64,000 nucleotides of DNA from the NCBI RefSeq assembly GCF_009914755.1, contig NC_060930.1; one strand, given 5' to 3'. Origin of the DNA: the human T2T-CHM13v2.0 reference genome, Homo sapiens. The notes under the pieces are model-generated. The model saw only the letters and a list, made by a program, of their open reading frames with translations. It searched no databases and was not told where the DNA came from. This document shows, piece by piece, positions 10,184-23,719 of this stretch (positions within the stretch are counted from its first letter, which is position 1; every line of letters starts with the position of its first letter). The translations under genes and the position numbers were made by a program.

Positions 10184-10608
10184 TGTATTAGGGCATTCTT
10201 GCACTGCTGTATAGAAATAACTGAGACTGAGTAATTTATAAGAAAAGAAGTTTAACTGGTTCAGCATTCTGCAGGCTGTAGAGGAAGCATAGTAGCATCT
10301 GTCTCTGGGGAGGCCTCAGGAAGGAAGCCTCCAATCATGACAGATGGCAAAGGGGGAATAGGCACATCACAGGGCAAAAGCAGGAGTGAGAGAGAGAGAA
10401 AGCAAGGGGGATGTGCCACATGTTCTTAATCAGCCAGATCTCCAAGAGGTTACTCATTATCACGAGGACAGCACCAAGGGGATGGTGATAAACCATTCAT
10501 GAAAACCATTCCCATGATCCAACCACCTCCCACCAGGCCCCAGCTCCATTCCTGGGGATTACAATTCCACATGATATTTGGGTAGGGACACAGATACAAA
10601 TGATATCA
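10184..10608 (-). mobile_element. MSTA/MSTB solo LTR, TSD AGGCC
   Basis: tgtattagggcattcttgcactgctg...gatacaaatgatatca; AGGCC at 10179-10183 and 10609-10613. Confidence 0.9.
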
Positions 10609-11204
10609 AGGCCTTAAAGTCAGGTAGAAACTGACAAGGATGGGTCACAACTGGACCTTCCATGCTGAAGTTTCTCCTCAGTCAGAAATGAGAGACTAGC
10701 CACATGGGTTCTGGCAAACCTGGCTCTGTAAGACTCCAGAGGTGGAAGGAGAGAGGTTGTCCACACTGCCAGATAACTGCAATATTGAATGCAGAGCCCT
10801 TGTCTCTGTCGGCAGTTGTGCCTTCACCACTATGCCCCATGCCTGATTCCTTCTAGACAGAGAATAGGATAGTCTAGCAGACACGTGGCTTAGCAAACGG
10901 CTCATCTACTGCAGACTAACTGATGCCTAACATGCAAATATGGGCTTGTAACAGTGATAATTAAAATAATGATGTCTTTGAAAGATTTCTTTGACATAAA
11001 ATAGAGAAGATGCTTCATCAGTCCCACAACACTGACTTCCTCCTAGGTGTATTTTCCTAAAGGTGAATGGGAGAGCAATACTGAAGTATGGTTTATCAAT
11101 GACACAAGCCAGCCTACGATGGGATATTACACAGTGGACCCCAAATATGATATATGTTATAATAAGAAAAACATTTAAAATTGTTAGTATTGAGCTTAAA
11201 AGAA

Positions 11205-11540
11205 AAACACTTCAGTCAGAGGATCTGGGTTTGAATCCAGCCCAATTCCACATTTACAGGTTATGAATCCTTAATAAATTACTTAACCTTTCTGAGCCCC
11301 AGCTTCCCCATCTCTAACACAAGGACATTTTAGAGGTTATGTAGGCTCCAGAAAGGCAAGCTGATTTGTTCTCAGCTATCTCCCCAAAATTAAGCATTTA
11401 ACTCGGCACAGTGTAGGTTTCTATTCATATTTGTTGAGAATGAATGGATAGTTACCTCGTATAATTGTAATAAGGATTAGAGAAAATACAGGTAAAGTAC
11501 ATGGAACATAGAAAGCCCTCAATCAGTAATTGTTTCTAAT
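11205..11540 (+). mobile_element. MIR split by an L2 3'-end fragment (~11335-11449)
   Basis: MIR core (ctgggtttgaatccagc, ttacttaacctttctgagcc), then L2 tail (ggcacagtgtagg...tatttgttgagaatgaatg), then MIR resumes (acctc..taaggattagag). Confidence 0.7.
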
Positions 11541-14407
11541 ATGAAAAGCCCCTAGTCTTGAGTCTTCCTTCCTTCTTTAATCATGAACGATCCTTTTAAT
11601 CTGCACACGTTCTGATGAATTCACATCACCTAATGATGCCATGCTTGTCTCAGCCCAACTGCAGCCATCTTGAGCCTTATCTGGCAGAAATTAAGGCTTA
11701 ACTGCTAATATTCACACCAGCTCCTCCTTCTAGGCAATCTGAACTCTGCCTCTTCCAAGATGGGTGCCCATTTGACATGGCAATTGTCTTTAGGTTCATA
11801 TAAGACTCAGGGGATGGGATTGGTGGGGATAGTCCCTGCCTTGCAATTGATTGGAGCCCATACTGAAGTTTGGGGCAGCACAGATGGTAGCAGTGTGGGT
11901 GAGGGCTGCTCTTTTGACTTTAGAAAGACAAAGGAGACTACACAGTAAGGACTTCTGGAGCAGAGTCCCAACCCAAGAGTCCAAGGCCTGATGCCTCAGT
12001 CTCAGCCTCCTCAGCCTAGTGCTGACTTCAGGCAGCAGAAGAGGAGACACCATTAGCCTCTGCTGCCAAGGATTGTCTTTGAAGAATCCCAGATAAGCTG
12101 GCAGCCTCCAGATTCTCTCCCCAGGAAGGTGTGAGGAATTCAAGTCTTGCTTGAAGACGCTTCAGCTACTGTGGTTAAAGTATGCGATGCCTGCTGGCTG
12201 TTCTTTACCTACAAGAGTGTGTGTTTGCTGCACTGTGGAAAAACCAAGGCCGAAGTCTGTTCTAAGTAGAGTTGCTCTTGAGATTTCTGCCCCTCCTACT
12301 GGTTGCCTCTTAATCCAAATTTGATGTAACATTCCATCATCCACTTGGTCTGCTGATGTGGTAGTATTAATTGCTCAAATATCATTTCATGTGGGCAGGA
12401 AAGGCCACAGGTTAGAGATGGGATGCAAGCAAGTGGTCCCCCTGCATGGTTGGCTATTATTAAAGGGGCCTTGTCACTAAGGGGTTGTTTTATATCTCCA
12501 AAGGTCAGTAGCAATGTGGCTGAACTCTCCTTCTGGAAATCCTCCCATCTCTAACTCTTACTCCTGCAGGTGGGTATAATTCTGGAAATTTTATAACTTC
12601 TCTTTATAAGGAAGTCACAGGGTAAGAGCAGAGTTGGAAAGAGATGATGATATAATAAAGGAACTACAAAAGAAGTTCTCTCAAACTTGTATGTCAAAAG
12701 AACTTCCCTCGTCTTGTATTGTTTATTTTCTATAACTAAGATAATAAAAGGTAATAAAGAATCAGAGGCACAGGATTTCAAGCAGTATTTTATTTTTTTT
12801 CTAATCTCCTTGCAGAATTGACTAAATCATTTTAGAATATTTTTGCTTAAAGTTTCCAAAACTCTTTTGTAATTTTTCTCTCATTTGTGTTTTGCTTTAT
12901 TATTTGCTTTATTATTCTTTCATTCTGTGCTGTAATTGTTACAAGGTCCATTAATCCTGGCCTCATGCTTTATTAGGTAGAACAACAGCCTCGCAGATGA
13001 TTGCCAATAGTTAAGTAAACTTTCTGTGAAGTTCAAGGCTCTACATGTATAAAACTGAATTCCTGAAACAAGTGTCCTCTATGATCCCTCAGTGCAAATC
13101 GTGAGGTCATGATTGCCCTCTCCTCCAAAATGAGAAAAGTGGCCAGAACCGATATTAGAAACTTCATGTTTTGTGTTGACTGCTACTGATTTCAGAATCT
13201 TAATTTTGCTGTCATTTTTGAAGATTACCACAATTTTATTAAATAAGCAAGCTTTAAAAATTACATATGTTAGTTTCACCTTAATCATCCAATTTTTTAT
13301 TGAAAATCAAAATAGAAAAAGATTCTAAAGATAAAAACAACAAATACTTAAATGCACTGTCAGCTCTGTGGTAATGCACTTTTTGACAACACCCACAAAC
13401 AGGTCTGTAAGCTACAATAATTCACTAAATTGTTTGCTGCTTTACAATCGCTGGCAGGAGAGGAGAGGAAAGTGCCATAGGGCCGAAATGAAGCAAATTG
13501 AAAGCTATATAAATAAAAAGCATAAAGCATTGTAAATTCATTGTAATTGGAGTGGTTTTGAGAGGAATAAAATATGCCACCCATCTGCTTTAAAGGAAGG
13601 CAATTCAAACATCCCATTCATTAAATAAAATAATAAAAACAAATTTTAACTTCAAGATAGAGTTAAGAGAGTCGAAGAGGGAGGAGAAATAGACATGCAA
13701 GGAGACCACACACAGTCACATAGGGGAGATAAAGAGAGAGGCCCCATGGAGGAAGAGACACACAGCCATTAACACAGAAAGGAGAAAAGCAGGGCAGATT
13801 TTCACAGAGAAGGACCTTCATCTGTGATCTGTGGTCTTTGAATTTTTGATCCTTGAAACCCATGAAGTTAGTGCATGCTTTCCACAGAAGCAGCAGAGAG
13901 CCTTGTCACCTGGGGCTCCTGGACTGTGGGCTGAACTTTAAGTCAAGAACCAGATGGGATTCATGGGCCAGCCCTCCCAATTTCTTGTTTGTTTGACCAG
14001 ATGAATAAAGTCTATCTGCTTGCACCAATTTCCACGAGAAAGAAGGCTCACATACTCCGCTCATTCCCTTGTTTCTAAAATGTCAAATGTAAAGCTGATG
14101 TTAATATTTTTCTTTGAAAAAAAAAAAAAACACAAAAATGAATGCTATTTACTCTAAGAACCAGTATGGTTTTTAAAGGAGGAAATGAAGGAAGAAGGAT
14201 GTTTACTGGTTTTATATGTATCTTTTCTTAAAGAATTTCATTGAGAACATTAAGCCCTGAGAAAAATATGTCAGAGAGAAAAAGAGCAGAAAAAATGAGA
14301 GAAAAAGAAGCAAGCCACAAAAGCAATAGCCACCTTACACGACCACACACCTACAAGCTAGGGAAAGCAGGGAGATGCCGGAGAAAGATCAGTGGACCCA
14401 CCAGTGA

Positions 14408-14787
<380 letters not shown>

Positions 14788-15546
14788 TTGAAACGATGCA
14801 TTTAAAGATGAAGCTGATATAAGTTTACACCATTTAGAGATTTTTAAAACAGCTTTATTGAGATGTCATTGACATACATAAAGTGCACATATTCAAAGTG
14901 TAGAATTTGAACTATTCCTACAAAATAGGGAACATACTCATCACTCCCAAAGGTTTCTTTGCACCACTTCATAATCCCTTCCTCCAATACCTCCTCACCT
15001 CTCTTCTGGTAACGCTGATCTGTTTTCTGTCAGTTTACATGTGCTTGCATTTCTTAGAACTTCATAAAATTGGAATGAAATAGGATTTAATCTCTCTTTT
15101 TTTGCTGACTTCTTTCACTCAGCCTAATTACTTAGATTCATTCATATTGTAGCATATATCAGTAGTTCATATTTATTAATGAGTAGCTTTCCATTGGATA
15201 GATATACCATATACCACAATTAGTTTATGCATTCATCTATTGATGGCAATTGGAGTTGGTTCCACATTTTGTCTATTATAAATAAAGCTTGAATGTGCAT
15301 TTGTGTGCAAATCTTTATAAGGACTTGTGCTTTCATTTTTCTCTTGGGTAAGTAACTAAGAGAAGGGATAGATCATGTGATAGTTATATGTTTAACTTTT
15401 TACCAAACAGACTGGTTTCCAAAGTGGTTGTGCTATTTTACATTTCCACCAGCAGTAGGTAAGAGATCCACTTTGCTGCCAACATGTGGTGTGGTCAGCT
15501 TTTAAAATTTTAGCCATTTTAATAGGTCTGCAGTGGCATCTCATTG

Positions 15547-16397
15547 GGGGAGGAGGGTTACCAAATTACTTTATTTGAAAACATAGTACACATGAAAGAA
15601 CTTAAATGGATGTCTTGGTACAACTTATAGAAAAAGATAAAGATAAACCCAAATGCATGCACTGCCTTGGTGGAAGTCACTCCCTTGGCTATGAGGGAAC
15701 CAACCTAAGGTTAAGCTGTCAGCATCACTGTCTCTCAGGGTGAGCTTGTCGAAGACATACTTGGCCGTGCCAGATTCCAGGGCCCCTATCTCATGCAAGC
15801 TGGTTTCAGTGGTCACTCACGTTTACTGGATTTTACCTACTCATTCAGGTAATGAATATCAATGAAGCCACACAAATGGGGTCTCTTTTTTTCAGTGATC
15901 ATTTGTAGCTGATTCATGCTTTTATTCAAATGCAACGTATGCCGTTGCATTCGGCCCACTCTCCCAGTGGCCATGGCCTAGTTTCTTGATATCCTGAAGG
16001 AAGATTTGGCCACTTTGTTGGTTCTGCAACTTCAACAGTTTCTCAGCATGTCCCCTCTCCTCATGAGATTGGTGAGGAAATTGTCAAAGTTTTTCAAAGC
16101 CACATAATCGCAGTTAAAATAACAAGACATTGACAGGTAGATGGGGAAGTGTTGAGCTCAAAGTTGATCTGGTGGTTGACGGTGACCTCCAAGTTCTGGT
16201 GGTAGTTCTTGTGCACCTGCTTGGGGGACCAGTCACCATGGCAGGTGACAGGGAACTTGGCACTGCCTAAGGGACCCATGAGAAAGTTGTAAGCAGCCAG
16301 CCATCTGGGTGGGGAATGAATTAAGAGGAGGACCAGGTTCCATGCAAGCACTTTGAAAGTAGGAAGACACTCTGACCCCTGAGAAGAACCTCTGCTC
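15547..16397 (-). pseudogene. FTH1: Ferritin heavy chain processed pseudogene (near full-length mRNA copy)
   Basis: Minus-strand peptides QVHKNYHQNLEVTVNHQINFELN and GALESGTAKYVFDKLTLRDSD match FTH1 ([44 protein letters not shown]). Intronless and frameshifted, ATG at 16239-16237. FTH1-like 3'UTR with AATAAA and 5'UTR present. TSD CATCTCATTG at 15537-15546 / 16398-16407. Confidence 0.95.
16336..16368 (-). promoter_or_regulatory. Degenerate iron-responsive element (IRE) remnant
   Basis: Minus strand gtcttcctactttcaAAGTGCttgcatggaacc versus FTH1 IRE gtttcctgcttcaaCAGTGCttggacggaacc. Confidence 0.8.
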
Positions 16398-17092
16398 CAT
16401 CTCATTGTAGATTTACTTGTATTTCCTTAAATATATTAAATATCTCTCTTGTGCTTATTTGCCATTTATGTATCTTCTTAGATATGGTGTTGGTTTAAAA
16501 CTTTTGACCATTGGAAAAAAACAGGTACTTTTTTCTCATTACTGATGTTTAAGAGTTCTTTATGTGTTCTAGATACTAGTCTCTTATCAAATGTATGCTA
16601 GGCAAAGATTTTCTCTCAGTCTTGGCTTGTCTTTTCATTATTTAACAATGATTTTCAAAGAATTTCTTAAATTTTTATGAAGTCTATGTTATTAATTTGT
16701 TCTTCTATGAATTATGCTTTTGGTTTTGCATCTAAGAAATCTTTGCCTAATCCAAAATTACAAAGGTTTCTCCTATGTTATATTCTAGAAGCTGTAGAGT
16801 TACAGGTTTCACATTTGGATTCATGACCCATTTTGCATTAATTTTTGCTTATAGTGTAACGTACGGATTAAAGGGTTTTTGTTTATTTATTGCACGTGGA
16901 TATCCAATTGTTTCAGCACTTTCTATTGAAAAGACTGTCCTTTCACCGTTGAATTACCTTTGCATCGATTGAAAATCAATTGCCATTTTCTAGACTATTT
17001 TATTTCATTGTTCTATTCTCTATCTTTGTACCAATACCGCACTACCTTAATTACTATTGCTTTATAATAAATCTTAAAATAATACGGTATTT

Positions 17093-17217
17093 GGCCGGGT
17101 GCGGTGGTTCACGCCTGTAATCCCAGCACTTTGGGAGGCCGAGGAGGGCAGATCATGAGGTCAGGAGATCGAGACCATCCTGGCTAACACGGTGAAACCC
17201 CGTCTCTACTAAGAATA

Positions 17218-17250
<33 letters not shown>

Positions 17251-17460
17251 AGCCGGGCGCGGTGGCGGGTGCCTGTAGTCCCAGCTACTCGGGAGGCTGA
17301 GGAGCAGCTACTCGGGAGGCTGAGGCGGGTGCCTGTAGTCCCAGCTACTCGAGGAGGCGGAGCTTGTAGTGAGCCGAGATCGCGCCACTGCACTCTAGCC
17401 TGGGTGACAGAGCAAGACTCCGTCTCAAAAAATAAATAAATAAATTAATTAATTAAAAAT
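17093..17460 (+). mobile_element. AluY with rearranged right monomer and 30-A linker
   Basis: gagatcgagaccatcctggctaacacggtg; TSD-like aata[c/a]ggtattt on both sides. Confidence 0.95.
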
Positions 17461-18379
17461 AATAATAATAAGGTATTTGTGCTCTAACTCTATATTTTGT
17501 TTTCAAAGTTGTTTTAACCATTCAAATAGACTTGGAGTTATTAAAACCTACAAAAATCAAAACCTCGCATTTCCTCCCAATTCTTATGATGCTAGCACCT
17601 TTAATTAGGAATTGAATTTAGGTATAACTAGATGCATATAAATTTATATTATCCATTTAGCAGTCTTGTTATCCCATACCCAGAAGCTGTATTATTAGGA
17701 GAGTCCTGTTAGGGAGAATAGTCTCCAAACAGGAAGAACCAACTTGGGTTAGAAGGAGTTAAAGCTTAAGATGGAAAATAAGAAAATGAGAGCACATTTG
17801 ATTATCTTTATTCATATTCCAATTCCAAAGACACTATATTCAGGGCCCTGAAATAACCTGGAGATGTTATCTTTAAGGCACTGGTAAAACAGCTTAAAAA
17901 TTGTTTATGTTTTAGGAAGAAACTAGAACAACAGAGATTAGCCCAAACTGTTACTTTACAAGAAGAGAATGACACCACAGGCTAGAACAATTAGTCAATT
18001 GCTGGAATATTCTACGATGTAACATTAAATAATTCTTTGTATTTAAAATTTTTTTAAAAATTGTGTACTTTTAAAAAATAACTTTCTGCTCATGTTGTGT
18101 TGGAGTACTAATAAACCAAAGGGGACTCAGCAGGCTTTCTGCTGTATATCCTTATTATGGCATAAATCACATCAGTGTATGGTAGAATACTGGAACTCAG
18201 AACATCTGCCTAATGAAATACATAATAGTAATAAAGTGAGAAGACTTTAATAAACAAGATGGAGACTCAGAAAACCTGTGAGAAAGGCAGACGTATTTGC
18301 TTTGTCATGTAAAAACTTGAAATATACAACAAAAGAAACCATAAAGAAGCTCTAGTGGAAAAAAGTCTGACTGGTGTTT

Positions 18380-18570
18380 AGAAAAAAAGAAAAAGAGAGA
18401 CACAGATAAGAGGGAAGAGAGAGAAGGAGGGACAGAGAATAAGACAAAGGGTGGAGGGAGAGAAGGAAGGAAGAGAGGGAGGGAAGGAGGGAGGGAACAG
18501 AGATGAAGACAGAGATGGAAGGAGGAAGGGAAGAAGGACAAGAAAAAGAAAACGATAGAGGTGAAAGAAA
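18380..18570. repeat. GA-rich low-complexity polypurine tract
   Basis: gagagaaggagggacagag...ggaggaagggaagaagg. Confidence 0.85.
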
Positions 18571-18574
18571 GAAC

Positions 18575-19260
18575 ATCTACAAATTGATTGAAAAAATTAA
18601 AATTACCCAACAGAAAAACAGGCAAATAATATTAATAGGCAAACACTGTCAAAGAGGTTTATATAAGCGAATAGATTTTTTAAGAAAAACTCAAATTTAC
18701 CACTAATGAGGGAAATGCAACTTAAAGTGTCATGATGACAAAAATTTAAAAGATTGATAATATCCAGTACAAATGAAAATTAGAGGAAGTTAGTACTCTC
18801 ATGCACTGGTTTAGGAAATATTTCAAGAAAGGAGTCTAGAAATATTATTAAAATATAAACTGTATGTTGCCTTTGACCCAGTGATCCCACATTTGAGATT
18901 TTCTCCTACAGGGAAAAGAAAAAAGATTATTATACAAAGTTTGAGTTTATTGAAGCATTGTTTATAGGGGCAAAATACTGGAAATAATTAGACTGTTTAT
19001 GAATAAAAGCTAATTAAATAAATTAGAGAAAATTAATAAGATAGAATATTGGGCACTCCAAAAAATGAGTTGGAGGGAAAATCCAGAGAGCTGTCTATAA
19101 TACATTAAGTGGAAAAAGACAGGTTACAGATTCATGAATAAATATGCTCTCATTTTACAACATGGTTGCCTGTTTATATATGTTTGTGTGAATGCAGAGG
19201 AGTGATACATTAGTTATCTACTGGAGGTGGGTTTGGAAAAAGATGAAGGGAGGGGTGAGA
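18575..19260 (+). mobile_element. L1ME-like 3' fragment
   Basis: cactaatgagggaaatgcaa; tttgacccagtgatcccac; gaagcattgtttata. Confidence 0.7.
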
Positions 19261-19944
19261 CTGTAAATGGCATTCTTCTTAGATCTGTTTTCTGTCTAAC
19301 ATACTACATAATACCAACTACAGAGTCAAAACAAAAATATTTGTTCTTTGGAATCATTACAAAGTCAAACAAATGCTTTGAAAATTGAATAGAGAAGAAA
19401 ATATTGAAAAGCACAGTAAGAAATAGATAACATGTCTCCCAGACTGAAATTAGAATGGTGCATTTGACTATGTACATATCAGTGATAATAATATAGAGAA
19501 AGAAAAGTTGTATCAATAGGAGTGGAGGATGGATTAGTGATTGGCAAAGGACCACAGAATGATGGTGTTTATTGAGCCAAACTTAGGCAATAGAAGCTCA
19601 GCTCAATCAAGCTCCCAGCTTACTCTCAGCGAGTCTATGTCTCTTGCAGAAGTGAATTTTTAAGACAAGTTTATCCTAGCCCCTTCTACTTGCTCTAATC
19701 CCACACTAACCAAATAACCTAAATTCTAAGTGGTTTTTCCATATGCTTTCCTGTTGGGTGAAAAGCCAACTGATATTATATACCAGCATATTTGATATTT
19801 TAATTTGTATGTCAATATCTCATAAATTTGAAAAATATGAGTCAGTCTCTCAGAATCTGATCAACTCCAAGGCTTAAACAGCAACAAATTTTTGAATCTG
19901 TGAAACTGAGCACCAATCTCCAAGCCTTAGTAACTTTTTAAAAA

Positions 19945-20237
19945 AATTTTTTGAAACAGGGTCTCACTCTGTCGCCCAGGCTGGAGTGCAGTGGCACGAT
20001 CATGATTCACAGCAGCTTTGGCCTCCCTAAGCTCAGGTGATCCTCCCACCTCAGCCTCCCCAGTAGCTAGGACTACAGACAGGTGCCACCATGCCCAGCT
20101 CATTTTTTGTCTTTTTACCAGAGACAGGATTTCACCATGTTGCCCAGGCTGGCCTCAAATTCCTGGGCTCAAGCAATCCTACCACCTTGGCCTCCCAAAA
20201 TGTTGGGATCACAGGTGTAAGCCACTGCTCCCAGCCT
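19945..20237 (-). mobile_element. AluJ
   Basis: acagggtctcactctgtc; ctcaagcaatcct. Confidence 0.93.
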
Positions 20238-21137
20238 CGTTGATGACTTGTCTAAGATCACAGCCCAGTGTGAGGTGATGTCTAGGCAGCCACCAGTCTA
20301 CAGCACCAGTTCCTCTCCCACTACCTCCCACATATCTCAAAGGCAGACCCTCAGTTTTGCAGGTCCAGAAACTTACCGTTTGCATTTTAGAGTTAATCAG
20401 ACTCAGATAGACTAACTCATATTTTCCCAAATGACAAAATATTGATAATAGTGTCTCCATGTGCCTTAACAGCAACTACTCAGTTACAAAGATGCTAATG
20501 AGGTGGAAATATAGAGCAAGATCACATCTTAAGTGGCCGAGGCATAGAACAAGTAAGCTGTTTCATCCAGAAATCAAACTTCATATACCTCGAAAAGCAG
20601 TTGATCTTCACTGATGTCTCAAAAACAAACCAAAGAGAGAGTAATAGAATATAACCTATGTCAAAATTCCTAAAATCCCCTGCACTTGTGTCTCTCAGAG
20701 TCTGCAATCCCAGGCAATTGTCCTCATATCTTTCTCTTCTCATAAAACTCACCCCACAAACTGCTTATGTGAGCTCAAACTCGTCCCTCAGTATCCTGCT
20801 TTCTAAGCCGTTTCTGGCTCTCTGCAAAGAGCTCCTTGTCTTTCTAATGTAAACCAGTCTACAGCCTCCTGCCTTCCAGTTCTCTTCTTCCCTTAGCATA
20901 ACAAAGGCTCAGGACCTGAGCAGGACAACAAGCTGAAAAAGACATTAATATTCATAACTATACATTAATACTTTTCTCTGTCCCAGAGAGAAATTCCCAG
21001 AATGGCAGTGGGAAGCTTATAAGATGAGCCAGCTGTTCTTGGGTGGCCATTTTCAGTTAAGTGACATGCTAACATAAATTAAGCATATGTGGTTTGAGAA
21101 CTGTTTTGTAAAGAACTTCCTTACAAGTGAATCTAGA

Positions 21138-21443
<306 letters not shown>

Positions 21444-23249
21444 ACTAGACAAGTTTTAAGATCATGTGCTTCCCAACATGAAGAGTTCAAAAATAGACCA
21501 GAGGACCATCATCCTGGGTGTTGTGGAGGAAATTCCACACTGAGTGAGTGGTGAATGCTGCTGACCTGGAAGGTGATCCTATGCCAAAAATGGATGGTTT
21601 TTGGACCAGTCGTCATGGCATAATTACAATAGGTGAGTAATTTCCACACTCTATTTAACAGTGTTCCAACATCCCTGTGTGCAAAGAGATAGCATTATAT
21701 ATTCTGTTTCTTTACTCAGTTCTGCCCTAGCAGAGTACCACCAGGGACTGGATGAACAAAATTCATTAGGAGGTTAGCATTAGTATAAAACTCAAAGATA
21801 TTCTTTCTCCATTCTTTTACACTCTTGCTCATATAAACAGATGTTGGTTTGGGGTGATTCAAGCCACGTTTCACCCTTGAGCAGCCCACCCTTCTGTGGG
21901 AATTTTTGTTTTGCTCACATGAAGGGCCACGTGAACTATTTTGGAATTCTGCAAGATGCAGCAATAAAAATGACTTTGGCTCAACATGTATGCCTGTGGA
22001 GCTATCTACCCCAGATCAAATAGTTTTCACTCTATAAATAAATGGTTGACCTGTTCATTTTAGCCAGCTTGTCTAAACATGGCAGTTTAGTAGAGAAGTG
22101 ATCCAGATTTCAAGTGTTGAGGACTTACATATATTGCACACATTTGCACACATAAGCAGCTTGTGTACACACATGTGCACAAATGGAGCCAGAACGCATC
22201 CTGGCATTCTTCCTCCTCTAATCATCTTGGGAGCATCTGGCTTCTGCAGAGGGATCACTGAGTGAATAATCAGTGCAGGGAGGAAGAGTGATCCTAGGAT
22301 TTTTTTCTAGAGCACCTCTGGCTCAGTAGGCATTACAATGAAAAATGGGGCAAATACCAACCTTAAACTGCATTGGCTATTTAGTTTTCAGCCAGAAAAG
22401 CAAAGATGGAAAAGGGGAGTACCTGTGGCCAAATGTCTGTGATTACTGCGGTGGCAGGCTTCCAGAGACACCAAGCCTTAACTTTGTTTCATCAGGATAC
22501 TTCCTAAGTTACTATTGAGAAGTATTTTCAACAATCTCATTTTTATTAGCCGTTTGTGCCCATTATAGTTTTCTAGTTGCTAGTTTGTTATGGCTTTAAC
22601 ATAAATAAGGTTCTAAAAATGTCTCACATGAGTAGTTGCAGAGCTGGGTATGCTATTTAGACCATATAAAAAGCCCATGCAAAGGATTTCCCTTGTAATG
22701 GGACTCTTTTATATTTAATAGAACTGTCATATAAACATATACTAGCATTTAAAATGCAGTTTCTGGGCCATAAAATAAACACCATTTCTAATATTGCTGT
22801 TGGCTTTCACATGCATGGAGCTCAGTTCATTAAATGCTCTTTACTCCATTTATGTGAAATTTGTTTTTACCACCAGAGCAGCAGATAAAGTGCATTATCC
22901 CTTGAAATGCAGCCATGATCAAGGAAAGAATTGTGAAACTCAGACATACCAAATTTTTTATGTAGATTCAAACAAATTATAGTTAATTTTAACACCTTGT
23001 CTAACACCGCAAATCTGGTAAGCTTCTAATGAATTATTAAGGATAATGATAACAGCATTTGTATATAGAAATATAAATGTGAACATACCACACAGAAATG
23101 ATTATAGCTGTATTTAGAGATATATTCATATTCAGTGTTTGCCTGAAAGTTGTGTAGTAGCAATACTTCATTTATATTATAAATTAAAATAAAGCACATT
23201 TAAATAAAGTGACTCTGCATTGACTATCTTCATAAACTTAAGTAAAAAT

Positions 23250-23405
23250 TCACTATAATGTGGTCTATTATCTCATCTGAAAAATGAAAGATAATGCTAT
23301 TCCCCTGACTCATAGTTTCCTTATAAATGAATTAAAACATATAAAGTTCTTAGATCATTGCCAGGCTTACAATCAGTAATCAATGAGTGTTAGCTAGCAC
23401 CGTTA
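23250..23405 (+). mobile_element. MIR fragment
   Basis: ctcatctgaaaaatgaaagataat...taaagttcttaga...caatgagtgttagct. Confidence 0.6.
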
Positions 23406-23719
23406 TCACTTTTTTAGAACTTTATTTTAGAGGCACCAAAAGTCAATATTTTGTTGCATAGGTTGGAAAATTTTGGCTAGAAATCATGAGTGTAAATTTT
23501 GTGATAGGTATAAAATGCTATGTTATTTACAAATACATATCAATCAACCAATCTAGATCAATATATCCATTCATAAATATTTAGTTTTTATGAAATTTGA
23601 GGAGTTTGGGAGACCACAGGATACAATCACTGTCTTTAAGAAATTCATGTGAACGTGAAGAAATTAATACTATTAATGAATTTTAAAATAATATAATTAA
23701 TTTAAAAAAAACACAGTGT

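Larger units (their letters stand above)
14840..17520 (-). mobile_element. Old L1M (L1MB/MC-like) 3' region, interrupted by the FTH1 retrocopy and an AluY
   Basis: cagctttattgagat...; catttccaccagcagt; ttgcctaatccaa; tatccaattgtttcagcac. Confidence 0.85.

Noticed and set aside
15625-16405. Functional ferritin gene
   Set aside because: There is a frameshift right after the ATG, further indels and stops, a displaced stop codon and no introns.
18305-18706. Hydrophobic or charged ORFs
   Set aside because: Artefacts of the GA-rich low-complexity tract.
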